NCBI GenBank assembly: GCA_048884965.1 | Contig: JBHLQH010000003.1 | Coordinates: 99,304-163,303 of the forward strand | Reading direction: 5' to 3' | Origin: Candidatus Thorarchaeota archaeon | GTDB lineage: Archaea; Asgardarchaeota; Thorarchaeia; Thorarchaeales; Thorarchaeaceae | Length of the DNA stretch: 64,000 bases | In this document: one piece after another, positions 29,278-40,586 of the stretch | Numbering within the stretch: position 1 is the first letter of the stretch | Layout: each line of letters begins with the position of its first letter | Notes under the pieces: model-generated | The model's database searches: none | The model's input: only the letters and a program-made list of their open reading frames with translations | Told to the model about the DNA's origin: nothing | Made by a program: the position numbers and the translations under genes

Positions 29278-29303
29278 AATTACTAATTAGTAATTATTCC
29301 TAT
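29278..29303. promoter_or_regulatory. Putative PerR operator overlapping the catalase promoter
   Basis: Perfect 18-bp palindrome aattactaattagtaatt (29278-29295) with an overlapping imperfect one (attagtaat-t-attcctatt), just after TATA-like attaaat. Confidence 0.65.
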
Positions 29304-29331
29304 TAAGCGATTTGCTTATGGGACTAGAGGG

Positions 29332-30786
29332 ATGTGTAAACCTATGCCAAAGGAAAAGAAAATGACGACTGCATCAGGCATTCCTGTTGCAGACAATCAA
29401 AACTCACTAACCGCAGGAGAGAGAGGTCCAGTGCTTTTGCAGGATTTTCATCTCCTGGAGAAACTTGCTCATTTCAATAGAGAACGAATTCCTGAAAGAG
29501 TAGTTCATGCCAAGGGTGCAGGAGCTTTCGGGACTCTTACAGTAACGCATGATATAACGAAATACACCAAAGCCAAGTTGTTCTCGAAGGTTGGAAAACA
29601 GACGGATCTCCTCCTTCGTTTCTCAACCGTAGCAGGAGAAAAAGGTTCAGCAGACACCGTAAGAGACGTACGGGGCTTTGCCATCAAGTTCTATACCGAG
29701 GAAGGTAATTGGGACTTGGTCGGCAACAATACTCCAGTCTTCTTCCTTCGTGATCCCCTTAAGTTTCCTGACTTCATCCACACGCAGAAACGCGTTCCAC
29801 AGACCAATCTGAAATCTGATGAGATACAGTGGGATTTCTGGTCTCTGGTGCCTGAGTCCCTACATCAAGTCACGATCTTGTTCTCCGACCGAGGAACTCC
29901 GAAAGGATACGCCCACATCAACGGATATGGAAGTCATACATACAGTTTCATCAATGCTAAGGATGAACGATTCTGGGTGAAATTTCATTTTAAAACGGCT
30001 CAAGGTATTGAGAACTTCGCCGCAGAGGAAGCGGCTAAACTGACATCTGAGGACCCCGATTGGGCTACCAGAGATCTATTCGAACGTATCAAAAGAGGTG
30101 ATTTTCCCAAATGGAATTTCAAGGTCCAAATCATGCCTGAAGATGAAGCTGCTAGCTATAGATGGAATCCATTCGACCTTACCAAGGTATGGCCACATGC
30201 AGACTATCCCCTAATCGATGTAGGTGTCTTGGAACTTAACCACAATCCGATGAACTATTTCGCTGATATCGAACAGGCGGCTTTTGCTCCATCTAATATA
30301 GTACCTGGAATCTCATTCTCACCTGATAAGATGCTGCAAGCTCGCATCTTTTCATATGCCGATGCTCATAGATATCGACTCGGTGTCAATCACCAATTGC
30401 TCCCAGTGAACAGAGCGAAGCATGCTGAAGTCCACAGCAATCAACGAGATGGATTCATGAGGCTTGATGACAACGGAGGAGCTACATTCAACTACGAGCC
30501 AGATAGTTTTGGAGGTCCCAAGGCGGACTCGGCGTATCGAGAGCCTCCGCTGAGGATTTCAGGTGATGCTGATAGGTATGATCAACCCAGAGGTGTGGAT
30601 GATGACTACATCCAACCCGGCAATCTATTCCGACTGATGACCCCAGCTGAGCAGGCAAGGCTAATGGATAATATTGTTGGATCCCTGAGAAAGACGTCTA
30701 AGGAGATTCAAGAGAGAATGGTTAAACATTTCACCAAGGCTGACCCTGCATATGGTAAGGGCATCAAAGATCGGCTTGGTCATTAG
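29332..30786 (+). CDS. katA: Monofunctional small-subunit heme catalase
   Basis: [39 protein letters not shown]. Confidence 0.97.
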   Translation: MCKPMPKEKKMTTASGIPVADNQNSLTAGERGPVLLQDFHLLEKLAHFNRERIPERVVHAKGAGAFGTLTVTHDITKYTKAKLFSKVGKQTDLLLRFSTVAGEKGSADTVRDVRGFAIKFYTEEGNWDLVGNNTPVFFLRDPLKFPDFIHTQKRVPQTNLKSDEIQWDFWSLVPESLHQVTILFSDRGTPKGYAHINGYGSHTYSFINAKDERFWVKFHFKTAQGIENFAAEEAAKLTSEDPDWATRDLFERIKRGDFPKWNFKVQIMPEDEAASYRWNPFDLTKVWPHADYPLIDVGVLELNHNPMNYFADIEQAAFAPSNIVPGISFSPDKMLQARIFSYADAHRYRLGVNHQLLPVNRAKHAEVHSNQRDGFMRLDDNGGATFNYEPDSFGGPKADSAYREPPLRISGDADRYDQPRGVDDDYIQPGNLFRLMTPAEQARLMDNIVGSLRKTSKEIQERMVKHFTKADPAYGKGIKDRLGH

Positions 30787-30933
30787 GAAACTAATAGGAT
30801 ACAGAGGCGGTATGAATGCCGCCATCTCTATTACTTTCAAACTTGCTGTGTACAACAGCATTAAGTATCTAATCAGAAGGAACTTGTCATTCAGTTATCT
30901 TGCCTTCATATAGCTGATTGAGGGTACTCAGAG

Positions 30934-32307
30934 ATGGAATTGGAACAAACAGCATCCGTTAGTAGGTTCTATTCGTGGCTTGGTGTAGATTCCCTTAGTG
31001 GTGAGCTTAGAAAGGCCATTCGAGCTCGGATGATGGTCAACTTCCCTCGGATATTCGCGGGGAATTTTCTGATCATCACCTTGACCCTTTTCTATCTCGA
31101 TACCCTCAATCCCTTAGAGATTGGTGCTGTCTGGAGTGTCTATTTTACCACCCTTGCGCTTCTCGACTACGTTTCAGGAACCATCGGTGATCAGATTGGG
31201 TACAAACGGGTTCTTCTTGGTGCATATATCTCTAAACTAATCGCTATTCCTTTCCTGTTATTTGGAACCACGTTCGCTTGGTATGCACTGTTCATGGTTC
31301 TGCTCGCAATAGGAGATTCACAGGAGAGCGGAGCACTTGAGGCGTGGTTCGATAACTACTATCGTCCTCGAGCAGAGATAGAGGATCCAGAGCGCAAGAT
31401 ATACACTCAGTTCATAGCTCGAGCCACTCCGTTCTACAATCTTATGACCATCTCTGGATTCGTTGTTGGAGGATTCATTGCCACTGAGATATCCCGCCAG
31501 ACTGTCTTCGCTGTATTTGCGTTCCTCTTGGTCTTCGAACTTGTGTTGATTCAAAAGGTGATTTGGGAAGATGTGAACAGGACTTCAGAGCAACAGTCAA
31601 CTGGTTACCTAGGAAGGATACGTGAGAGCCTTTCCATCTTCGTGAACTCGCGTACCATCTTCTTCTATTTCCTTGGTATCGCAGCAATATGGGCTGCGAA
31701 CGAATCGGTCTGGCATACCTTCATCTCTATCAAGATATACCTCGAATATACCGGCTCTGATGCAGGCGCGGGTGTGCTTCGCTCAGCAGTCTTCGCAAGT
31801 GCACTTCTCTGGCAATTACTGGTCATCAAGTTCATTGACCGATTCAAGAGACCTCACCTCTATGTCTTCCTTTCGACAGTGGTCAGCAATGCGATGTTCT
31901 TTGCAATGATTCTCACTTACTACCAAGCAGTTCCACCAAATAGTGTTGATATCCTACCAGCTGTTGGTATCTTGCTACTATATCAGATTCCTGCAGCATG
32001 GGAGAGCCTGCAAGGAACATTACAACAGCGTATCAACCTAGACCTGATCCCTGATGAGCACAGGAACTCTCTCTATTCACTCCTGCCTACTTTGGCTCGC
32101 ATCTTCGGAATTCCATTCGTGATAATCACAGGGTACGTTACTGATGTTGGTGGATTCATTGGAAGCTTCTATTGGCTCATCGCTGTTAGCTTCATCGGAT
32201 CCATCCTCTTAGGTATAGGCCTTCTCTTGGGAGCTGACTCAAAGCAACAACAGACGACTGTAGTCAATCTTTCTGGGGATGACGTGACAGAGGTCACTGA
32301 TTCGTAG
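30934..32307 (+). CDS. MFS transporter
   Basis: About 12 TMs; motif-A-like GTIGDQIGYKRVL; SGALEAWF. Confidence 0.85.
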   Translation: MELEQTASVSRFYSWLGVDSLSGELRKAIRARMMVNFPRIFAGNFLIITLTLFYLDTLNPLEIGAVWSVYFTTLALLDYVSGTIGDQIGYKRVLLGAYISKLIAIPFLLFGTTFAWYALFMVLLAIGDSQESGALEAWFDNYYRPRAEIEDPERKIYTQFIARATPFYNLMTISGFVVGGFIATEISRQTVFAVFAFLLVFELVLIQKVIWEDVNRTSEQQSTGYLGRIRESLSIFVNSRTIFFYFLGIAAIWAANESVWHTFISIKIYLEYTGSDAGAGVLRSAVFASALLWQLLVIKFIDRFKRPHLYVFLSTVVSNAMFFAMILTYYQAVPPNSVDILPAVGILLLYQIPAAWESLQGTLQQRINLDLIPDEHRNSLYSLLPTLARIFGIPFVIITGYVTDVGGFIGSFYWLIAVSFIGSILLGIGLLLGADSKQQQTTVVNLSGDDVTEVTDS

Positions 32308-33430
32308 GTTCACTTGCAGTACTCTCAGCAGATGAAATCTGATTCATGGCGTCCGCAAGTTCTTTCGCTTGTGTCAGTGCTAGGATTGCAGGAACTAATG
32401 CCATAGCTGCAAGGCTAATTGGAATGATGGGATTCCAATCACTACTGGTTTCATAGAAACCTAATGTCACTGTGAATGCGATTGATTCTTGTGACTCCTC
32501 CAAATATATCTCAAGGATATGTGCTGTTTCATTCCCAAAGCTCATCTCTATCCCGAAATTCTGCGAGGGATGAACTGTCAGGATATTCAGGAGCGTCATT
32601 GATTCTGTGAATATTCGGAAATGTGCTACTCCTTCAAAACAGAAATTTCCAAAGGTGATTTGCAAGTATAATCGATTTCGAGGGGCGATATCAAAGATGT
32701 CTATTATGACTCCAAGAGATTCCGATGAGATATCATACTCATAGTCTTGTGTTTCAAGCTGCAATCGGGAAACTGGCTGGATATGACGATGGGTATAACC
32801 ATAGATCAATGGAGCTGTTAGTACCAATGCAAGAATTACCAATAGTGTGATATGGCTTGCTTTCCGCTTTCCCAGAATGTGACGTCGATCACGAGGAGTA
32901 TGTCGATGACAGGTATTTTCTGTTCTCATCAAGTAATATGTAGATAGAAAGAATAGAGCAGCTCCATATACAAACCAAGGTGTCACTGCTATCATGGCGA
33001 TTTCAGGAATCGGAGGCGGGAACCAAAAGACTATCTCAAAGGTAATCTCCACGTCTTGGTCCTGTCTGGAGATTGTGAGATTCCAGTACTCGTATTGGTC
33101 TTCAAAAGCGAGTCCGTCACTTCCAATCACCCGTATATCAGTAAAATTAGCAAAAACTCCTCTTGAATTCGAAACTGCATAAATCGTAACTGATGAACCA
33201 TTAGTCGAAAGCTGTCTTAGGATGACTCTGGAGGTATCGATATTGCTGATGACGATACGTGATGATTCGTTGGATAGGACCTCCTCATATCGGTGAGGGC
33301 TTGAAGGATAGGGAATTCCACTTCCACCGTAGAAATAATAGTAGGGAGGACCTTGAACCATTACTAGTCCCCCAAGTAACATCATTACAACAGCCAGAAT
33401 CACACTCTTGCCGTCGCAATCAATCATCAC
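32294..33430 (-). CDS. Hypothetical membrane protein with two extracytoplasmic beta domains (start approximate)
   Basis: Four hydrophobic segments separated by beta-rich regions. Confidence 0.6.
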   Translation of the reverse strand: MMIDCDGKSVILAVVMMLLGGLVMVQGPPYYYFYGGSGIPYPSSPHRYEEVLSNESSRIVISNIDTSRVILRQLSTNGSSVTIYAVSNSRGVFANFTDIRVIGSDGLAFEDQYEYWNLTISRQDQDVEITFEIVFWFPPPIPEIAMIAVTPWFVYGAALFFLSTYYLMRTENTCHRHTPRDRRHILGKRKASHITLLVILALVLTAPLIYGYTHRHIQPVSRLQLETQDYEYDISSESLGVIIDIFDIAPRNRLYLQITFGNFCFEGVAHFRIFTESMTLLNILTVHPSQNFGIEMSFGNETAHILEIYLEESQESIAFTVTLGFYETSSDWNPIIPISLAAMALVPAILALTQAKELADAMNQISSAESTASEPTNQ

Positions 33431-33631
33431 ACTGAAACACCCAATGGACACATTCGAAGAAGATGGATAAGGCCTTTTCTGACCAAGTAGCAAATTCTCA
33501 ACTCTTATGCTGCAACTTTGTCTGCTGCGTTTCTGATTGTAGGAAATGATTAATACCCCTCCCGCTGAGTGAAACATAAGAGATGTTATTCTGAGGGCAT
33601 CTAAGAAAAAGGGTATTCGGGAAAGATATCA

Positions 33632-36406
33632 ATGTGGCATTTTCCAGATGAGGTAAAGTTTCGATTCAGTTGGAGACCCTATCAGGCAAGGGTGCTTTCT
33701 GAACTTGAGGGGCATATGGGTGACAAGAGATTACATGTTGTTGCAGCTCCCGCATCAGGAAAGACCGTGCTTGGTCTTGAGGTTGTTCGGCGTCTTGATG
33801 GACCCACGCTAGTGCTGGCACCAACACTTGCAATTCGTGATCAATGGGTGCAGCGTCTAGAGGAGCTCTTCCTTCCCTCAGGTAGTAAGACCCCAGATTG
33901 GGTTTCGTTCGACCTCGCTCGACCTGGTTTCTTTACTGTGAGTACCTATCAGATGCTTCATGCGGCGATGAAACGCGAAGAGTATGTTGCAGAACCTGAG
34001 GAAGATGAGGGACTCGAGGATGAAGATGACTTCATTCCTGATCAGTCTACGGATATCGATATTGAAGAGGAAGAAGAGCAGGCTCTCGATATTGAGGAGA
34101 AGGAAGAGCGTGAGGCATATAATTGGCTCAATCAGAAGAGGACTGACTATCGGAACGCACCAATGCCCGAGCTGGCACCTCTTCTCGATCAAATAGGCGT
34201 CAAGACCGTTGTGCTTGATGAAGCTCACCATCTGAGGTCAAGCTGGTGGAAAAGCCTGACGACACTTATCAAGGATCTTGGATCTATTCGCTTACTTGCT
34301 CTTACTGCAACACCTCCTTATGATGTTCCGCCTGCAGAATGGGACCGATACATAGAACTCTGTGGTCCTGTAGATGCTGAGATCTCAGTTCCGGAGCTTG
34401 TCAAGGTCAAGAATCTATGTCCTCATCAGGATCTTGTAGCTTTTTCAAGTCCTTCATTCTCCGAAGGTGCCGAGATTGCCAAGTACAGAGAGGATGTGAT
34501 TCAGTTCGTTTCGGACTTACAAATGAATGATACCTTCATCGAATTAATTATGTCGCATGAGTGGCTAAGGCAACCAGAATCAAATCTCGAAGATATACTG
34601 AATGAGCCGGACTTGTTTACCAGTATGTTGGTATTCCTGAATCAAGTAGGAAAAATTCTTCCTCTCCCTGCATTGAGCCTAGTTACCGATAGCATCGCTG
34701 AACTCCCTCAGTTTTCTTTTGAATGGCTGGAAGTACTACTCACCGGTCTCTTCTATCCTCGAAGTGGAAAACGACCCAAGTTTGAGCCAGAAGTCGAAGA
34801 AGTCAGGACTAAATTACGACAGATTGGGGCAATAGAACGCCGAAAAGTCTTCCTCAGGAATCCAACCTTTATCGAGAAGATTCTCAAGCGAAGTGTTTCA
34901 AAGATGGATAGTATCGTGGATATCGCCAATGTGGAATTTGGGGCATACGGTGATAGGCTACGGATGGTGATTCTTGCAGATTATATTAGAAAACGGTATC
35001 TTCCTTCTGAAAAGAATCCAGAGCCAGAACTTGACAACACTGGGGTAGTTCCGATATTCGAGAGGCTAAGAAGAACCAATACTGCCAGTGTCAAAATCGG
35101 GGTTCTAACTGGCTCTCTTATCATCATTCCTACAGAATCTGAAACACTGTTCAGGGATCTTGCTTTTGAATCTGGAATATCAGGGAACGATATCGATCTG
35201 AGCCTATTACAGCATGATGAAGATTATATGATGGTCAAGGTCCTCTCCTCAGATAAGCACAAGATGGTTCGAGTAGTCACTGATTTCTTCTCCGCTGGAG
35301 GATTGAACATCCTTATTGGGACGAAATCATTGCTTGGTGAAGGGTGGGATGCCCCCTCTATTAACTCGCTTGTGATTTCGAGCGTTGTAGGGTCTTTCAT
35401 GCTTTCGAACCAAATGAGGGGAAGAGCTATCAGAATCCAGCCCGGTAATCCGGGAAAGACTGCAAATATATGGCATCTAGTGTGTGTGGAAGCCAATAGC
35501 TCGACACCTGGCGAAGATTACAATACTTTGGTTCGTCGATTCAGGGCATTTGTAGGAGTATCACAAGCTGAGCCCCTTATTGAGAATGGTCTGTCCCGAT
35601 TATTAGTTGGCTCAGCGCCTTACTCAGCTGAAGAGATTTGGGAGATTAATGAGCGCATGTTTGATCGTTCCATGCAGCGCGATAAGATGAAGGAGTCATG
35701 GGAAATCGCACTTGGTCAAGACCAAGAGATTCGACTTACAGAGGATGTGCAATTCTCAGAATCTCAGATTCCGACATTTCTCTCATCCTACGAATTTCCA
35801 TTCTGGTTTCCTGGCTGTTTTGGTTTTTCCGGTCTATTTCTGATTGGATTCATGTTGGCTCCTATATCCCTATATTCCCTCCTTTTTCCTCTCATTCCCT
35901 TACTCTTTCTTATACCCTCCCTAGCCAGGCACTATCGACAAAGTCCCCTAAAACGTGCCCTAGGATATGTCGCATATGGTTTAGTAGCATCTCTCATCAT
36001 GTGTAGATATATTCGAACGCCATCTCGTGATTTACAAATCAATATCGATGAGGGACTTGATGCGAAAATCTACTGCCATCTAAAAGGTGCTAACAGAAGA
36101 GAGCAATCAATATTCCTACAGGCACTTCAAGAGATTTTCAATCCAATTGACGATCCAAGATACTTGGTCTGTAACACTCGTCCAAACCCCAAACTGATAG
36201 CAGATTACTATCCGGTTCCGAAAATTCTAGGAACCAAGAAAGAGCATGCTACGGAATTTACCTCTTTTTGGAAGCGAAGCAATTTCACTCCGAATCTTAT
36301 CTTTACACGAAATAGTAAGGGCCGTCTTCAGCTGCTTAAGGCACGAACCAAGTCTAGAGCGCGACTAAGAGGCATGAAATCAGAACGGGTTACAAGATGG
36401 AAGTAG
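33632..36406 (+). CDS. SF2 DEAH-box helicase (ResIII-like N-terminus) with C-terminal TM hairpin
   Basis: WRPYQ, APASGKT, LAPT, DEAHH, TATPP, LGEGWD, QMRGRAIR; hydrophobic stretch FPFWFPG...LFLIP. Confidence 0.9.
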   Translation: MWHFPDEVKFRFSWRPYQARVLSELEGHMGDKRLHVVAAPASGKTVLGLEVVRRLDGPTLVLAPTLAIRDQWVQRLEELFLPSGSKTPDWVSFDLARPGFFTVSTYQMLHAAMKREEYVAEPEEDEGLEDEDDFIPDQSTDIDIEEEEEQALDIEEKEEREAYNWLNQKRTDYRNAPMPELAPLLDQIGVKTVVLDEAHHLRSSWWKSLTTLIKDLGSIRLLALTATPPYDVPPAEWDRYIELCGPVDAEISVPELVKVKNLCPHQDLVAFSSPSFSEGAEIAKYREDVIQFVSDLQMNDTFIELIMSHEWLRQPESNLEDILNEPDLFTSMLVFLNQVGKILPLPALSLVTDSIAELPQFSFEWLEVLLTGLFYPRSGKRPKFEPEVEEVRTKLRQIGAIERRKVFLRNPTFIEKILKRSVSKMDSIVDIANVEFGAYGDRLRMVILADYIRKRYLPSEKNPEPELDNTGVVPIFERLRRTNTASVKIGVLTGSLIIIPTESETLFRDLAFESGISGNDIDLSLLQHDEDYMMVKVLSSDKHKMVRVVTDFFSAGGLNILIGTKSLLGEGWDAPSINSLVISSVVGSFMLSNQMRGRAIRIQPGNPGKTANIWHLVCVEANSSTPGEDYNTLVRRFRAFVGVSQAEPLIENGLSRLLVGSAPYSAEEIWEINERMFDRSMQRDKMKESWEIALGQDQEIRLTEDVQFSESQIPTFLSSYEFPFWFPGCFGFSGLFLIGFMLAPISLYSLLFPLIPLLFLIPSLARHYRQSPLKRALGYVAYGLVASLIMCRYIRTPSRDLQINIDEGLDAKIYCHLKGANRREQSIFLQALQEIFNPIDDPRYLVCNTRPNPKLIADYYPVPKILGTKKEHATEFTSFWKRSNFTPNLIFTRNSKGRLQLLKARTKSRARLRGMKSERVTRWK

Positions 36407-36514
36407 CGTTAGTAGGATTTGTCATGTAACATCTGCATGAATGTTCATACTGAACACATTACTCTATAAGACATTGAGAGTCCTGCAAGGACTACATGAG
36501 GTTGATTAAGATAT

Positions 36515-37762
36515 ATGGCTATCACATCGCTAATTCCTATTGTTGCCCTAGGAATAACCTTCATTCTCATTATTGTCAGGAAAGTTGGAGGATATAATAT
36601 CAAGATATGGCAGGCTATGCTCCTTGGTGCGATACTTGTCCTGGTCACTGGACAAATCTTCATCGTAGATGCAATTCTTTCAATAAACCTCGATGTCATG
36701 CTCTTTCTCTTTGGGATGTTCGTTATCGGAAGTGCAATGGAAAAGAGTGGCTATCTATCAAGAATATCCGCGTTCTTCTTTGGTCGTGCAAGGAATGTAG
36801 ATCAGCTCATCCTCATGTTGCTTTTTGTAATGGGTATGCTCTCCGCGCTTCTCATGAATGACACGCTTGCCATTATAGGCACCCCTATCGTACTCGGATT
36901 TGCCAAGCGCTATCGCATCTCTACAAAGCTGCTGCTCCTTACACTTGCATTCGCTGTCACCACAGGAAGTGTTCTTAGCCCTATTGGAAACCCGCAAAAC
37001 CTGCTAGTAGCAACCCAGGGAGGATTTGAGAATCCATTCATCACCTTCATGCAATACCTCTTCCTTCCTACCATGATATGCATCTTGATTGCATACACAT
37101 TTCTTAGGGTGTTCTATCGCAAGGAATTCAAAACTTTGGAGATAGTAGATGATTCCAGTACCACTCACGATAATGGACTAACCAGACTCTCCAAGATCTC
37201 ATTCGTACTGGTCTTCATTCTAATCATAGCGAAGATTGCGCTCATCTTCATCCTACCTGATTTTGACTTCAGACTGACCTATATTGCTCTTATCGCATGT
37301 CTTCCAGTTCTGATTGGTAGTAGTCGACGGGTTGAGATTGTACATGACATTGATTGGGAAACCCTTGTTTTCTTCGCGTCTATGTTCATACTCATGACCA
37401 GTGTATGGAATTCAGGTGTGATTCAGTTCCTGCTTGAGGATTATACCTCATTGATCTCCTCGGTCCCAGTAATTCTGTTCTTGAGTGTGACCTTGAGCCA
37501 AGTACTCTCCAATGTTCCTCTTGTGGCACTATACCTCCCCCTATTAACGGAGGCCTCGGCAAGTATTGCCTCCTATGTTGCACTTGCAGCAGGCAGCACA
37601 ATTGCAGGAAACATGTTCATCCTCGGAGCCGCAAGCAATGTCATCATCATTCAGAATGCAGAGAGAAATGGAGAAACCATATCTTTCTGGGAATTCGCTA
37701 GAATTGGGGTCCCTCTTACAATTGTGCAGCTTCTAATCTATGTCCTGTTTCTTGGGATATAG
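36515..37762 (+). CDS. ArsB/SLC13-family anion permease
   Basis: LMND, SPIGNPQN, SNVP, GAASNVI motifs. Confidence 0.9.
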   Translation: MAITSLIPIVALGITFILIIVRKVGGYNIKIWQAMLLGAILVLVTGQIFIVDAILSINLDVMLFLFGMFVIGSAMEKSGYLSRISAFFFGRARNVDQLILMLLFVMGMLSALLMNDTLAIIGTPIVLGFAKRYRISTKLLLLTLAFAVTTGSVLSPIGNPQNLLVATQGGFENPFITFMQYLFLPTMICILIAYTFLRVFYRKEFKTLEIVDDSSTTHDNGLTRLSKISFVLVFILIIAKIALIFILPDFDFRLTYIALIACLPVLIGSSRRVEIVHDIDWETLVFFASMFILMTSVWNSGVIQFLLEDYTSLISSVPVILFLSVTLSQVLSNVPLVALYLPLLTEASASIASYVALAAGSTIAGNMFILGAASNVIIIQNAERNGETISFWEFARIGVPLTIVQLLIYVLFLGI

Positions 37763-37878
37763 CTCAGAATAATCATAAGGCGTTCATGTGCAATGGCGGT
37801 CATATCCTGCATTTTATTAATGACCCGTCCTGCAAACTATCTCGTTCACTGGGAACTATACATTGAGGTGCCAGATAA

Positions 37879-38907
37879 TTGAGGTATGTTAAAATCTCGA
37901 AAGAGAACACCTACGAGTTCCTTGAACGCCTTAGGGCAAAGGGGACACTCTATGCGCCGCAGAAGATATCAGAGAAGTTCTTTGATTTTCGTGAGGTCTC
38001 TGATGTGAAGGACGTAGAGTTCAACTATGAGCGAACGATTCGCCCACCAAGACGATTCTTCCATCTTCCAGAAGAGAAGATGTTCTCCTTTGATATGCCA
38101 AAACAGGAGCTTTATCCTGTCAGCGTTAAAGCAGAGAATATTATCCTCTTTGGAGTGCATTCTTGCGATATTGTTGCTCTTCGTATTATGGATGCAGAGT
38201 TCCTAGATGAACAAAAGGATCCATACTACGAAGCTCGCAGGAAAAAAGGAATAATCATCGGTCTATCTTGTTTGCCTGATGAGTATTGTTTCTGCAATGT
38301 ACGGAGAATCGAATTTGTTGATGCTGGATTTGACCTGTTCTTTCACGAGTTACCCGATGGCTATTTGGTCCGGGTAGGAACAGTCACAGGTCACAAGTTA
38401 GTTGATCCCTATCCTGAGCTGTTTGAGGAAGTCACTACAATTGATACCGATAACATGGAAGCATTTGAGGAGAAGAAAGCATCCATGTATGCAATTCGCG
38501 GCAATTGGGATAATCTAAGGTATTTCCTTGAATTCAGGATGAACCACCAAATGTATGACCGAGAGAGTGATACGTGCCTGGGTTGTGGGAACTGCACCCT
38601 TACCTGCCCTACATGTCGTTGCTATGATGTGAAGGATCTCCCAAACATTGACCAAGTCACGGGTGACCGTGTCCGTTTCTGGGATTCGTGTCAGTTCCGA
38701 ACACATGGGTTGGTAGCAGGCAATCACAACTTCCGTGCAACAAAGAAGGATCGCTTCTTCAATAGGTATCAGTGCAAGAATGCGTATTGTCCAGAAACAA
38801 CGACCTCATACTGTGTAGGATGTGGGAGATGTACCTACTTCTGCCCAGCTGAGATAAATTTCAAGCGCAATCTGATGGAGATAGGCGGGTATAAGGGGGT
38901 TTCCTAG
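37879..38907 (+). CDS. hydB: Group 3b (sulfhydrogenase) hydrogenase beta subunit
   Basis: [42 protein letters not shown]. Confidence 0.92.
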   Translation: MRYVKISKENTYEFLERLRAKGTLYAPQKISEKFFDFREVSDVKDVEFNYERTIRPPRRFFHLPEEKMFSFDMPKQELYPVSVKAENIILFGVHSCDIVALRIMDAEFLDEQKDPYYEARRKKGIIIGLSCLPDEYCFCNVRRIEFVDAGFDLFFHELPDGYLVRVGTVTGHKLVDPYPELFEEVTTIDTDNMEAFEEKKASMYAIRGNWDNLRYFLEFRMNHQMYDRESDTCLGCGNCTLTCPTCRCYDVKDLPNIDQVTGDRVRFWDSCQFRTHGLVAGNHNFRATKKDRFFNRYQCKNAYCPETTTSYCVGCGRCTYFCPAEINFKRNLMEIGGYKGVS

Positions 38908-38909
38908 AG

Positions 38910-39767
38910 ATGCAGGATGTCAAGAGGAATCTATACGACACTCACAAGTGTCGACTATTACGGAAATATGAGCTTACAGATTTTGAGAGTCTATTCCTCT
39001 TTAGATTCGAGGATCCAGATGTAGCACTAGATTGGAGATACTTGCCCGGTCAGTTTGTTGAGCTCTCGTTACCTGGATATGGGGAAGTGCCAATATCCAT
39101 CTGTTCTTCCGCACGGAGGATGGGCTTCTTTGAGCTCTGTATTCGAAATGCTGGCCGCGTTACAAGTAGAATTCACAAACTACGTCCCGGTGAATTAGTT
39201 GGCATTCGTGGTCCTTATGGAAATGGCTTCCCTGTTGAGCAGTTTCATGGAAGAGATCTCCTATGTGTTGCTGCCGGTCTTGGAATGGCACCACTCCGTT
39301 CTGTCTTCCTTTATGCCATCGATAACAGGTGGCAATTTGGGAATATCACGATAATCAATACTGCCAAGTTCGGCAAAGAGCTTCTCTTCCAGAAAGAGCT
39401 CGAAGCGATGAAAGACATTGCAACAGCTGAGAACATCGCTATCGTTCAGAGCGCTACTAGGGATCCCGAATGGGATGGCTTGCATGGACGCGCTACCGAG
39501 CATATGGACAAGGCAAATGTTGACCCGAAGAACTGCGCTGTTGCCATGTGTGGTCCTCCAGCGATGTATCGAGGCATGTTTGACTACCTTGTTGAAGCTG
39601 GTTATGATCCACGTTATATCTTTGTGACTCTTGAACGTAGAATGAAATGTGGTGTCGGTAAGTGCGGTCATTGCAACATCGGAACAGCGACCTCATGGAA
39701 ATACACCTGTAAGGACGGGCCTGTATTCGACTACTATGCTATAACCAGCATTCCGGGGTTGATCTAG
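38910..39767 (+). CDS. hydG: Group 3b hydrogenase gamma subunit (FAD/NAD(P), 2Fe-2S)
   Basis: PGQF, GEVPISI, RGPYGNGF, GLGMAPL, CGPP, ERRMKCGVGKCGHC, CKDGPVF. Confidence 0.93.
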   Translation: MQDVKRNLYDTHKCRLLRKYELTDFESLFLFRFEDPDVALDWRYLPGQFVELSLPGYGEVPISICSSARRMGFFELCIRNAGRVTSRIHKLRPGELVGIRGPYGNGFPVEQFHGRDLLCVAAGLGMAPLRSVFLYAIDNRWQFGNITIINTAKFGKELLFQKELEAMKDIATAENIAIVQSATRDPEWDGLHGRATEHMDKANVDPKNCAVAMCGPPAMYRGMFDYLVEAGYDPRYIFVTLERRMKCGVGKCGHCNIGTATSWKYTCKDGPVFDYYAITSIPGLI

Positions 39768-40586
39768 ATGGCCGTTATTGAAGAGTGTACTGACGATTGC
39801 AGACCAAGAGTCGGAGTATATGCCCTGACATCTTGCTATGGTTGTCAGCTAAAGTTAGCTACGGTTCAGAAGATTGTCGAGATTGCAAACACCGTCAACT
39901 TCGAGAGCTTCTACATGTTATCTAGCGCAAGTAAGATGCCCGCAGATGTCGATGTAGCATTCGTGGAAGGGTCCGTTTCGACAGAGAAGGACCTTGAGGA
40001 GCTATTGGAGATTCGGAAGCATTCTAGGATTGTCGTAGCTCTTGGTGCATGTTCCGTGAATGGTGGCGTTCAGAGCTGGACTGAAGGCGACATGAGTTAT
40101 GATGCTATGTACAACATCGTCTATGGCGACGATAAGATCAATATGCATGGACTCCAAGCCACACCAATCTCGAAGCATATCGATGTAGATTATTTCCTGC
40201 CAGGGTGCCCACCAGAAGAAGATGAGATCATGTATTTCATCTCCGCCTTTCTCATTGGGACATTCCCTGAGCCTAAGGACTATCCCGTTTGCTCGGAGTG
40301 CCGCCTTGCAGGAAATCCTTGTATCCTAATTGAACGGAATGCACCTTGCCTTGGTCCTATTACCGTAGCTGGTTGTAAGGCTAGATGCATTGGTTACAAT
40401 GTTCCATGTATTGGTTGTAGAGGTCCGGTCCCTCATGAAACGGCTTGGTTTGATTCTCTAGCTATGACATTCAAGAACAAGGGTTTCACTGAGAAGCAGG
40501 TGCGCGAGCGCATGAAGATCTTCGGTGCGCATGATGTGAATCTTGAGCGGATGTTGACTCGAATCTTCGGAGGTGCCAAGAAATGA
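39768..40586 (+). CDS. hydD: Group 3b hydrogenase delta (small) subunit
   Basis: TSCYGCQ, VEGSV, LGACS, PGCPP, CLGPIT.AGC.ARC, CIGCRG. Confidence 0.93.
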   Translation: MAVIEECTDDCRPRVGVYALTSCYGCQLKLATVQKIVEIANTVNFESFYMLSSASKMPADVDVAFVEGSVSTEKDLEELLEIRKHSRIVVALGACSVNGGVQSWTEGDMSYDAMYNIVYGDDKINMHGLQATPISKHIDVDYFLPGCPPEEDEIMYFISAFLIGTFPEPKDYPVCSECRLAGNPCILIERNAPCLGPITVAGCKARCIGYNVPCIGCRGPVPHETAWFDSLAMTFKNKGFTEKQVRERMKIFGAHDVNLERMLTRIFGGAKK

